From contig JAVECL010000122.1 of NCBI GenBank assembly GCA_051942245.1, positions 1 to 48,582 of the forward strand: DNA of 48,582 nucleotides, in the 5' to 3' direction. The stretch comes from Trypethelium eluteriae (taxonomy: Eukaryota). The position numbers were made by a program, and so were the translations under genes. The notes beneath the pieces are model-generated. The model did not search any database. It was given only the letters and a program-made list of their open reading frames with translations, and had not been told where the DNA came from. Positions 9,597-19,334 of this stretch are shown in pieces. Numbering within the stretch: the first letter of the stretch is position 1; every line of letters starts with the position of its first letter.

Positions 9597-12500
9597 TCAA
9601 GCGTACAGATACCCCATCTTCTTCCACGCCGCGACGTACCGCCTGGCCACCTCCGCCTGGACGGGACCCAGCTCTGCCATCGTGCTCGAATGCTCCTTTG
9701 CTTTCGTCGTATCCAGTATCAAGCCTCCACAAGACATGCGCTCAAAATTATCCTCCAAGAAATCAATCAGTCTAGCAGCAGGATTATCAGTCTCCGCCGG
9801 CAGCGGCGACCGCCTCACCATATCCACCCATTCGCGAAACGGCACGATACGGTCCCGTGGAATATCCAACGCCTCCGCAAGCACAGGATTCATCTCCTTC
9901 CAGGGCTGGCCGACAGGATTATCGATATGGTAGACCGGATACGGCTCGGGGGCGTCATGCAACTGCGCAACGCAGCAGAGATCCACCACGACAGCCGCCG
10001 CATCGTTGACCGGCACCCACTGCAGCACGCCATCGAAATCCGGCCAGGCGCGCAGCGTCTGCGCTGACTTGACCAGGAACGCAAAGTGCTCGACGGGGTT
10101 CCAGAAGCCGCTTATGCGCGAGCCGGCGATCTGGCCTGGACGCACCACCATGGCGTGGAAGCGTTGTGGGTATTGATGGAGGGTTTCGTCCAGCATGCGC
10201 TCGCATACCCATTTGGCCTCGCAGTAGCCAATGGGCAGTGTTGCGGCGAAGGGCACGCGGTCCTCGGGAATGCGCATCGTGTCTGCGTTTCCGACCACGC
10301 CGATGGATGAGATGAGCTGGAAACCGACGCGGAAGGCGGCGTCGTGGCGTCGGTGGTCGGCGATGTCACGTGCTAGATCTAAGAGGTGGCGTAGAGCTTG
10401 GAATTGGGGCTCGAATGCCTTGATGGGCCTTGTGCCGCTCATCGGCCAGGCGTTGTGCACGATATGTGTGACGTTGAGGACGAGCCAAGTGTACTTGTCA
10501 ATCGGTAGGCCGAGCTGTGATCTGGAGGTGTCAGCCTCGAGGATACGTAGCTTGCCTTGCACGTCGGCAGACAGTTCAATGCCGCGCGATGAAAAGGCTT
10601 CAGTTTGGCGTTGCTCGACTGCTATGCTAGTTTTGCGATTGACACAGACGACCGTCTTGACAGCAGAGGTCCCCACCAGTCCAGCCACTATATGCGAACC
10701 TAGGCTGCCCGTCGCGCCGGTGACGAGGACTACTGCATCGCGACCATCCTCTAGCACATTGCTCGGGCATTCTTCTGAGGACAGCGGTGCTGGTGGGGTG
10801 AATCCAGTAACGTGTCTGGACAGAAGGTTGTTGGCTTCATTCTCACGCGCCACCACATCTCGAACCTCTTGTGCTGCAACATCCTTCTTCATCGACTTGG
10901 GAAGCCGTTCTGATTGGGTACCAGATGCGAGCGCAATCATGACTTTCTGGTAAACATTCTCAGGAAGGCTTCCATCAGTCCAATCGACGTGACCATAACC
11001 GGCCGTGTGGAGTTCACGCTCCCAGTGCTCTGCCGGAACGATTGCATGTTTACGGCCATCGTCAAAAAGCCACCAGCCCTCAAGAAGGCCGAAAATGAGA
11101 TCGATAAAAGGGGCACTCTCGGTCATCTCAAGTACCATTAGGAATCCATCAGATCTCAACGCCTTGCGAATGTTCGTAAGTGAGGTGACAAGACTGTGTG
11201 TCGCGTGAACAGCGTTACTGGAGATAACGAGGTGCTGGCCGTGCAGTTCATCAGCTGGGGCCTTCTCGATATCGTGAACGGCGAATCGCATAAACGAATA
11301 TTTCTTGCCGAATTTGCGCCTCGCGCTGGCTACCATAGACGACGATAGATCTGTAAAGGTATACTCGACTGGAAACCCTAGTGAGGCCAGTAGCGGGGCC
11401 AGCACATAAGTAGTTCCTCCCGTACCAGCGCCCATCTCCAGGATCTTAAAGGGACCTTCATCCTTGGGCAAATTCTCCAGTAGCCGATGGATGGTGTCAC
11501 GCATTTGGCCGTATTGCATTCGATTGAAGGTGTGGTCGATATACAGTCCCCGGACAAGGTCTAAGCCCTCCAAGGACCCAAATATCACGCGCATGCCATC
11601 TGTCTTACCAGTCAGGACATCAGCCAGATGCTTTCCCGCATAGTAGGTTAGCTTATTGGCAACAACAAATTCAGGGAACGACTGTAGAAGTTCCGCAAAG
11701 ATCACATCGCTTGTCTTCCGTGGTACAGGGATGTGGGTCCGCGTAATTTGTCCGCTGAACACGTCAATGTCAATCAGGCGAGTGTCCCGTTCTAGAAAAT
11801 TGTACACAAACGCCATTAGCCGCCCATGTTGCGGCTGAAAAGGGACACGATCCAGAGCTTGTCCTGGCTCAGCCACCCGAAGTTGACAGCCTAGCTTCTC
11901 GAACTGTTCCACCACTAGCGCAGTGGAGAGGCGGTTTGAGCCGGCAAGGACTATCTTGTGGATCCTGTCAAGCTTAAACCGTTCAATTTCATGGTCTGTT
12001 AGCATCTTGACTGCCCCAAAACTCTGCAGGATTTCGGATCTAGGAATGCTCAGATTCGTCTGCGCAGGTGGCGCGGGAGCAGGGATTGTTGCCGGCTTTG
12101 CGGAATCTTCGACAATATTACCATTGACTTCATTAACACCCTGACTTGTAGCTGTAGTATCGTTTGTGTTAGCATCAGATAAACCTTGTGACGAAGAAGA
12201 ATCCTCGTCGTCATCCACTTTATTATGCTCAACAAGCTCCTGACCGGCATCACCAGCTTCCGGCTCGTAGAGGGCATGATTGAGGCATGCAACGAATTTG
12301 CGTAGCGATGTCGCTTCCATCAACTCCGTTTGATCCAACTTAGTCTTGAAGACGCTCTCGACTTCGCGGGCCACCTCCATGCCCATCAACGAGTCAATGC
12401 CAACATCTGCCATTTCCGTGTCGAGTCCGATAACGTCAGCTTCGACGCCAGAAACGTCGGCAACTAGATTTCTGAGATCATTCGTAATGTCCGGTCGTGA

Positions 12501-15500
12501 CGATTTGGTGGTGCTCTCCTTCTTACGGTCCTTCTTCTTGACGGTCTCGCCAAAGGTACCCGCTTCGGTGTTGACATTGACGAATGGCTGAGCTTGTTCG
12601 GTAATCTCAGTAGAGGCAGAAGCTGCGGTGGCTACTGAAGTAGTTGGTCCTTCCGAATACTTGGCTTTCAGCATAGACCTATCGGTCGTGAGTCTTGTAA
12701 GCATTTTGCTCATTGAAGCCTTGGCGACTCTTGCAAAAGTGATACCAATCATCACCTCAGTCAGTATCCCATTAGTGGCATCGAAAATGAACACGTCAGA
12801 GGTGTATACTTTTTCGGACTGACGATAGTGCCGGGCCAGGACATGCCACGTACTAGGAAGTTCTTGTTTATCCAGCTTGGCGATGCGTGGCGATCGCATC
12901 GACATCTCACAGCCAGTGGCAATGAAAATGTCCTTTGTGGGTCGATCCGTCATGCAGTTAAGATATAGGCCGCCGACCTGACTGAATGAGTCACTCAGTG
13001 GAATGTCCAGCCAAGTCTCTCCGCTGTGCTTCATCTGCACGCGTCCAGCACACTCGTCAGTCCGGCCAACAACGCGACGAACACCACGATACATCTCCCC
13101 ATAGTCCACCGCGTCAGCAAAGGCTCGGTATACATTGCGACCTTGAAGGACATCGACGTCGTCATCGTCGGACATGCTGAGTATGGCTGTACACTGAGCA
13201 TGGGTGACCAGTCTCTCAAATCGGCCGAACTCGTTTTGGTAGGTAGCGTCGTCGCATGAGCGTATATGCAATCTAGCTTCGACATGGAGGTCACTGTCGC
13301 CACTTTCAGCAGTCGAGGAAATCTTCCATCCCCAGAGACTACAGCTATCATTCAGAGTCTCAAACTGGAGCCAGACAGAGCGGGTCGGATCAAAACATAG
13401 CGGCAAGTGGTTAGTCATATCAAGGACAACGGGCTGCATCGCGGAGGTAATCCATTGAGGATGTAAGCTAAATAATGCTTCGATGGCCATGTCCACCATT
13501 AGCGTGGCCGGGCATATAGGAGCTGTCTGAGCAATCAGATGACCTGAAAGGTAGCTTTTGTAAGGAGTGGAACCCGTGTTGATACAGAAGCGAGGCTTGT
13601 TTGCTTTGCCGTTCTGTTCTTGATACCCGAGAAATGACCACAGTCGATTTAACGTTTCATCCACTGGCTGTTGCTGTTGTATGGTAATACGTCCAGTGCC
13701 TGCTGTTAAGGTTGTGGCTGCCTCAGTGACGGCCTTGGCTGGGGATTTGAGCTCAAGCCAATGTCTGGCCTTAACGAATTGGTAGGGCGGAAGAAGTATG
13801 GTCGCATACTCCGCTGTTTGCAGGCTATGGTGGGCCCAGAAAGAAACAGGGAGACCTTGCTTCCAGAGAGCAAGAGTCGCGTCGGTAAGGCTACCGAGTC
13901 CTCCATCAGTGTTTGTGAGGCTCAGTGCCTGGAAGTGGTGGGAATCCAGTTTTGTCTCACTGGCAAGAGCTTTACTTGCCATTAGTGTGATAGTTGAGGC
14001 GGATCCTGCCTCGAGCCATACGGCCGATGGGTGGTCCCTGGCTATTCGGTGTACCGCATGGCTAAACCAGACTGGATTCCTCAAGTGATCCGCGGCAAAA
14101 GCCGATGTTGTCCTAGAATTAGCCGTCGGCCTAGTCTTGGTTGCATGTTCAAGAGAAATAGTGGGATCAGAGAAAGTTACATCTCTGCCTACTCCTTCTA
14201 AACTGGTCACAAGTGGCTCGACAAGAGCTGAGTGGAATGAGTTGGTGACATTGAGTCTCTTACTCCTCAGAGCTTTGAATTGAGGAATGGTGTCTGTAAT
14301 TACATCAATGGCTTTGGAAGATCCAGCCAGAGTAAAACTTCGTGGACCGTTGTAGCAAGCGATATTGCAGGGGTACTCGCCGGCATATCGTCGATTCGCT
14401 TCAGCCAATAACTCGTGAACGATTTTCTCGTCTGCCTCTACTGCCATCATAGCGCCAGGATCGGGACCCCATTCGTCGCGAATCACTTTTGCCCTACCCG
14501 CGACCAGCTTAACTGTATCGCGGAGACTCAACGTACCTGAGATACACAACGCTGTGATCTCACCAAAGCTATGGCCAACAACAGTCACGATCTTGCTTGC
14601 AAGGCCACAATCCATCCAGCACTTGGCACAGGCGTATTGCAAAGCAAAAAGCATAGTCTGTAGCTTGACTATGTCCGTGATTGACGACCGGGAGAAAATA
14701 TCAGGAAAAAGGCTACTCAGCCCAAGCGACTGTAATACAGCGTCGCACTGATCCAAGTGGTAGCGTAAGAGAGCCACTGAATCGTACAGCTTGCGGTCGA
14801 GTCCGACGAACTTTGACACTTGACCGCCAAAGCATAAAACGACAGGACGCTCAGCCTTTAGAGGGGCAATGGATTTTTCTGGGTTACTCAGTTTCCCTTC
14901 GAGCTCGGACACAGAGCAGCACGAGAACATCATGCCCAGAGAAAGTGAGCGATTCGATTGCCGATTCACGTGAAATGAAACGTCAGCTAGAGAGAGTCCA
15001 GCCTTTTCCTTGGCTTTCAGGAAGGTTGCAAGCTTGGCGCAGTATGCAGTGATGCTATACGCGTCAAAACCTGTGATCCAGAAGGGGAATGAGGTCTTGT
15101 TGACATCATCACCACGGATAAAGGCAGATGCCTGTCCACTGCTGTCATTGGGGGATTGCGTAACGATCATGGACGCATTGGACCCAGAAGCTCCATAATT
15201 GTTAATCAAAGCTACTTTGTACTTCTCATTCCATGAACGCAGAGAGGTCGATACCTCTATCATATCCGTCGATGATGTCTTTACATAAGAGCTCATCTTG
15301 GAGAAGCTGGCTTGCGGAGGAATGTACTTTTCTAGCATCATCATGATAATCTTGATTAACGAGATTATACCCGATGCTCCTTCAGCGTGACCAATATGTC
15401 CCTTCACCGAGCCGAGGACAAGCGATTCGGATCGAAGTGGCCCTCCCAAAGCTTGGCGGACACTCTCATATTCAGCCGGATCTCCTACAGGAGTTCCTGT

Positions 15501-17696
15501 ACCGTGAGCCTCCACGACAGAGACATCGCGAGGGCTCAAGTGCGCCTTATTGACGACATCGGTAAATAGCTGAGATAGGGATGGAGAGTTGGGTACGAAT
15601 AGCGGAGTGCAATTCTGGTTCTGGTAGACGGCAGTCGAGGGGATACGGCCTAAGATTGGGTTTCCATCGGCGATGGCGTCAGATACCTTCTTAAGGAAGA
15701 CACAAGCGATGCCCTCAGCACGACAATACCCATCAGCTCCCTCATCAAAAGGCTTGCATTGGCCAGTTGGACTTAGGAAACTTGCACCGGCGAGGTTCTG
15801 GAACCATAGGAAATTGGTAATTGTGGAGACACCACCGACAAGCGCGGCTGTACAATCACCCGACAAGACATCACGGCAGGCGATATGAAGGGCCACGGCA
15901 GAGGCGGAGCAGGCCGTGTCAAGGGTCATAGATGGGCCAGTCCAGCCGAAGTAGTGTGAAATCTTGCCAGCGATAAAGCTCTTGAGATTGCCCGTAGCTG
16001 TGAAGGCATTGGGAGTATAGCAGGCTGCGTGATGCTCATAGTCACCCGCACATGCGCCAAGATAAACACCAACATGCTTCTTATCGCGTGCTGGACAGCT
16101 GAGCGTCGTCTCGGTGAAGTAACCTGCTTGCTCAACAGCTTGATAAGAAGCCTCCAGGAAGAGCCTCTGTTGCGGGTCCATGGTCGACGATTCGCGAGGA
16201 CTACGCTTGAAGAATTTATGATCGAAGGCGTCAACGTCACGCATGAAGTTGGCATACCACTTGCGCTTCGCATCTTTGTCGCCTTCTCGGTGCAGTGTAT
16301 CCATCATTAGGCGCTCTGATGTGATCTCCTCATGCTGTGACTTGCCTGTGCGAAGCATTTGCGCGAATTCATTCACGTCATCGGCGCCTGCTACCTTGAT
16401 CGACATACCTACCACTGCAATGGCCTCCTCGTGCGTGGGAAGCGGCTGCGACTTTTGTTGATGTAATAAGTGTGCTTCGGGGTCCATCACGCTGGCAAGA
16501 CCCTGCGGCATTTCTTCGTCGAGGTCGGCAAAATGCATCAGTTTTGGGCCTAGCCTGCGCATTAGAGTTGGCGGAACGTATCGGTCTGGTCCAAAGGAGA
16601 CAAAGATGGAGTTTAGGCTGATGTGGTTGGCTTGGACAGCAGCAAAAGTGTTGTACCAATTGCTTTGCTGCACGAGGATGGCACGCAATGCAATCTCCGT
16701 CAAGTTCCCGTCACTACTTCCGATTGACGCGCCATCTACAGCATCGTTGGTGTATGTCGGCAGCACTAGCTGGGAAGCGGTGGGAAATCGAAGGCCAGGA
16801 ATGCTATCACATAGCTCGACGAGAATGTTCGTCAAACTGAGAAACTCCTTGCTGGGGCTATGAAAATGACCGCGAAGACCGACTTCGGCAGCAGTGATGC
16901 CAGCGCCTTTCATTGCTCCCAGAAGAGCTGGAACGGTCCGCTGCGATGTTGTCACAGTGGCGCGTGCCTCGTCATAGAGCACCGAGACGTAAGCCTCGGG
17001 AAAAAGGTTGTCGATGATCCGCTGCATATCTTGACCTTGTTTCGCATTGCGCCATGCTGTGGCGTAAGACTTGGACACGCCGTGTCCCAGCTCCCTGTTC
17101 CACGCTTCTTGAGCGTCAACGAGGGCACCAACAAGCATAGCTAACCGTACGGCAACGATACCATACTTTTCGAACTCGTTCCGATTCTTCGAGCTTGCCA
17201 CCGCGAAGGCGCTCAATAGACCTGTGCAGAATCCAAGGGTCTGCACCTTGCTCACCTCACCATTCTTATGCCGTGCCAATAGGTCTTCTTGAAGATCGGA
17301 CTTTGCCCCGTTCCTATTGCGTTGGTGATTGAGCTCAAGATAACGCCAGTATTGTGTGAGTTGAGTCAAGACTACTAGTGGTGTGAGTACGAGGTTCGGA
17401 AGAGTCTCCAATCGTGCCTCGCTGTCGGTTTCAAGCGGAGCTCTTCGGAGGCACGACTCCATCTCTGCAAGGCATTCTTCGCCAAGGACTGTGTCTCTGA
17501 TTTTCGGCAGTCTTTCTGTCAAAGCATACCAATATTGAGGTAACTCAGACACCGCATCGAGAATCCAGTGCTGTCCAACAGCTTTGCGAGAAAGGCTATG
17601 CCTGAGCTGTTCGAACTGTCTGTTGAACGAGACAGCCTGGGGCCCGAATAAGAATACCGTCGGCTCCTGCTGATTGTGGTACTCCGTGCCCCCCAT
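9597..17696 (-). CDS. Non-reducing iterative type I polyketide synthase with C-methyltransferase and terminal reductase (SAT-KS-AT-PT-ACP-CMeT-R; CitS/AzaA/SorB-like class)
   Basis: 2699-aa uninterrupted ORF. SAT GFCTG; KS DTACSAS plus EAHGTGT and KGHIGH; AT GHSFG; ACP GIDSLMG; MT LEMGAGTGG; R domain VTGATGSLG and YxxxK (GYCEAK). Confidence 0.97.
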   Translation of the reverse strand: MGGTEYHNQQEPTVFLFGPQAVSFNRQFEQLRHSLSRKAVGQHWILDAVSELPQYWYALTERLPKIRDTVLGEECLAEMESCLRRAPLETDSEARLETLPNLVLTPLVVLTQLTQYWRYLELNHQRNRNGAKSDLQEDLLARHKNGEVSKVQTLGFCTGLLSAFAVASSKNRNEFEKYGIVAVRLAMLVGALVDAQEAWNRELGHGVSKSYATAWRNAKQGQDMQRIIDNLFPEAYVSVLYDEARATVTTSQRTVPALLGAMKGAGITAAEVGLRGHFHSPSKEFLSLTNILVELCDSIPGLRFPTASQLVLPTYTNDAVDGASIGSSDGNLTEIALRAILVQQSNWYNTFAAVQANHISLNSIFVSFGPDRYVPPTLMRRLGPKLMHFADLDEEMPQGLASVMDPEAHLLHQQKSQPLPTHEEAIAVVGMSIKVAGADDVNEFAQMLRTGKSQHEEITSERLMMDTLHREGDKDAKRKWYANFMRDVDAFDHKFFKRSPRESSTMDPQQRLFLEASYQAVEQAGYFTETTLSCPARDKKHVGVYLGACAGDYEHHAACYTPNAFTATGNLKSFIAGKISHYFGWTGPSMTLDTACSASAVALHIACRDVLSGDCTAALVGGVSTITNFLWFQNLAGASFLSPTGQCKPFDEGADGYCRAEGIACVFLKKVSDAIADGNPILGRIPSTAVYQNQNCTPLFVPNSPSLSQLFTDVVNKAHLSPRDVSVVEAHGTGTPVGDPAEYESVRQALGGPLRSESLVLGSVKGHIGHAEGASGIISLIKIIMMMLEKYIPPQASFSKMSSYVKTSSTDMIEVSTSLRSWNEKYKVALINNYGASGSNASMIVTQSPNDSSGQASAFIRGDDVNKTSFPFWITGFDAYSITAYCAKLATFLKAKEKAGLSLADVSFHVNRQSNRSLSLGMMFSCCSVSELEGKLSNPEKSIAPLKAERPVVLCFGGQVSKFVGLDRKLYDSVALLRYHLDQCDAVLQSLGLSSLFPDIFSRSSITDIVKLQTMLFALQYACAKCWMDCGLASKIVTVVGHSFGEITALCISGTLSLRDTVKLVAGRAKVIRDEWGPDPGAMMAVEADEKIVHELLAEANRRYAGEYPCNIACYNGPRSFTLAGSSKAIDVITDTIPQFKALRSKRLNVTNSFHSALVEPLVTSLEGVGRDVTFSDPTISLEHATKTRPTANSRTTSAFAADHLRNPVWFSHAVHRIARDHPSAVWLEAGSASTITLMASKALASETKLDSHHFQALSLTNTDGGLGSLTDATLALWKQGLPVSFWAHHSLQTAEYATILLPPYQFVKARHWLELKSPAKAVTEAATTLTAGTGRITIQQQQPVDETLNRLWSFLGYQEQNGKANKPRFCINTGSTPYKSYLSGHLIAQTAPICPATLMVDMAIEALFSLHPQWITSAMQPVVLDMTNHLPLCFDPTRSVWLQFETLNDSCSLWGWKISSTAESGDSDLHVEARLHIRSCDDATYQNEFGRFERLVTHAQCTAILSMSDDDDVDVLQGRNVYRAFADAVDYGEMYRGVRRVVGRTDECAGRVQMKHSGETWLDIPLSDSFSQVGGLYLNCMTDRPTKDIFIATGCEMSMRSPRIAKLDKQELPSTWHVLARHYRQSEKVYTSDVFIFDATNGILTEVMIGITFARVAKASMSKMLTRLTTDRSMLKAKYSEGPTTSVATAASASTEITEQAQPFVNVNTEAGTFGETVKKKDRKKESTTKSSRPDITNDLRNLVADVSGVEADVIGLDTEMADVGIDSLMGMEVAREVESVFKTKLDQTELMEATSLRKFVACLNHALYEPEAGDAGQELVEHNKVDDDEDSSSSQGLSDANTNDTTATSQGVNEVNGNIVEDSAKPATIPAPAPPAQTNLSIPRSEILQSFGAVKMLTDHEIERFKLDRIHKIVLAGSNRLSTALVVEQFEKLGCQLRVAEPGQALDRVPFQPQHGRLMAFVYNFLERDTRLIDIDVFSGQITRTHIPVPRKTSDVIFAELLQSFPEFVVANKLTYYAGKHLADVLTGKTDGMRVIFGSLEGLDLVRGLYIDHTFNRMQYGQMRDTIHRLLENLPKDEGPFKILEMGAGTGGTTYVLAPLLASLGFPVEYTFTDLSSSMVASARRKFGKKYSFMRFAVHDIEKAPADELHGQHLVISSNAVHATHSLVTSLTNIRKALRSDGFLMVLEMTESAPFIDLIFGLLEGWWLFDDGRKHAIVPAEHWERELHTAGYGHVDWTDGSLPENVYQKVMIALASGTQSERLPKSMKKDVAAQEVRDVVARENEANNLLSRHVTGFTPPAPLSSEECPSNVLEDGRDAVVLVTGATGSLGSHIVAGLVGTSAVKTVVCVNRKTSIAVEQRQTEAFSSRGIELSADVQGKLRILEADTSRSQLGLPIDKYTWLVLNVTHIVHNAWPMSGTRPIKAFEPQFQALRHLLDLARDIADHRRHDAAFRVGFQLISSIGVVGNADTMRIPEDRVPFAATLPIGYCEAKWVCERMLDETLHQYPQRFHAMVVRPGQIAGSRISGFWNPVEHFAFLVKSAQTLRAWPDFDGVLQWVPVNDAAAVVVDLCCVAQLHDAPEPYPVYHIDNPVGQPWKEMNPVLAEALDIPRDRIVPFREWVDMVRRSPLPAETDNPAARLIDFLEDNFERMSCGGLILDTTKAKEHSSTMAELGPVQAEVARRYVAAWKKMGYLYA

Positions 17697-17939
17697 GAAG
17701 ATAGATGTAAACTTTCAAGAAGGTAAGGTCTTGGTGAGAAGAGCTGATGCGTTGTTGAAAAGGCAGGTGAAGACCGTTTGACGTTCAATCCGGAGATGCC
17801 CAAATGCGTATGTCATAAAAGTTGAAAATTTAGCCTTCGCATCCTGAAGTCTTCAACGAAATAGGATCAATACCAAGTAGCACTTGAAACACATGGCAGG
17901 GGCCAAGCTCGGAATCTGCATTAAGCATCCAATTTTGTA

Positions 17940-17956
17940 CGGACCGCCGGACTCCG
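17940..17956. promoter_or_regulatory. CGG-N11-CCG inverted triplet, possible Zn2Cys6 transcription factor site
   Basis: CGGACCGCCGGACTCCG, about 245 bp upstream of the PKS ATG. Motif match only. Confidence 0.3.
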
Positions 17957-18770
17957 TTGGCCATGCATCACAAGAGGACAGTAGGCTACAGCATTCGTCG
18001 AAACTTCAAGGTGGTATGAGGTATTCTCACATGAATATGCATGGTTCTCCATACTACTGTCATCCTTCCGGAGTTGGAGCCGCAGGCGGATGAGAAAAGA
18101 AAGTCCGGTCGGAATCCTGGTTCGCGGCGCCAACATGGATTGATCTGGGAGGTGTGCTGGCTGTTTCTTGAGCAATGGCCCGAAGGCAAGGTAGCGATCA
18201 TGGTTGTAGGACGAATCTTGCAGCTTTTTTGGAAACAATCTAAAGGCACTGGACAGCGTTATACATTGGAGAGACGAGAATGCGGCTTATTCAATTGCGT
18301 ATCAGAGTGCGTGTCGCTGTGAAGATACACTGAAGAGCTCAATAGCGTCGTGTAAAATCGAGTGTAACCTTTCGTTGGTTGAGAGAATGAAACAGTTTCT
18401 GCACCGGGATGAGCTTAGTCAGCCCGCCCGCCACTTGATAAAGCACGTGACGACGACGTGCGAACCTACCTAAGTAAGGTACCTTTATCTATTTTTTTGG
18501 CTCGACTGCTTGCGGTATCCTGTCAAATTACCGCAAGCGTTTGTCAAAGTAAACCCCGACTGCGGCGCTTCTAGAACTACGAAACGATACCTAGCCGTCC
18601 AACCCACCGCCACTTTAAGAGCCCACCATGACAAAAAGAAGAGCCTCATAGGAGACCCATGGAAGGCACACTCCAACAGGCTAGAGCAATAGCGACAGGG
18701 CTGAAGGCGCTCTCAATCATATGCTAAATATATATCTCGCCCACTCTTCCCTCGCATATATTCAATGTAT

Positions 18771-18788
18771 GCTGAGCATATGCTCAGC
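18771..18788. repeat. Perfect 18-bp palindrome in the divergent PKS/GMC intergenic region
   Basis: GCTGAGCATATGCTCAGC is its own reverse complement. Confidence 0.85.
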
Positions 18789-19334
18789 TTATGCTATCCA
18801 TTCAGAGGACTTGGCGTACTGCTGTGACCTAGCTGGGAAGCGATGAGCGTGCTTAAGGGTGACTATGTCTCAGCCTCTAAAAGCCACCTACACCAAGCCT
18901 ATGCACGCCTTCTGCCACTGTAATGCCATCTCCGCGAATTGGCACCTCGAGGTCGCAGAACAAGATGAAGCTAGCATGATCTGATCTCCACAGACACAGC
19001 CTCAGTCTCATTCAGGTGAGGGTGTAGATGGATAGCTAGCCGCACTAAATCCGCTGGCCGAGCTACAGCTGACAGACAGCGATATGTCAGACCAGCAACA
19101 GCATCTTCTTCATAGGTAGGAGGACTTAAGCTCCCCGATTTCAATTCGCGTATTCCAACCCAAGCCTGTCCTTCACTCACCCCAATATTCTTTGGGTTCC
19201 TGAGTCCAGACCTTGCAAAATCTCGTCCAGTTCCAAGACTTCCATACCTAACCGTCTTTCCTTCTATTAGCTCCATTCTGCTACAACAGACTGCGAGATT
19301 ATATAGCTCACGACTTTCCCGATCTTCGAACTAT

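Noticed and set aside
9514..17803. Numerous small ORFs overlapping the PKS
   Set aside because: Shadow frames of a long, codon-biased gene.
17884..19276. Small ORFs in the PKS/GMC intergenic region, including 18971-19276 (101 aa)
   Set aside because: No recognisable motif or splice-supported model; treated as promoter DNA, although a gene remnant cannot be excluded.
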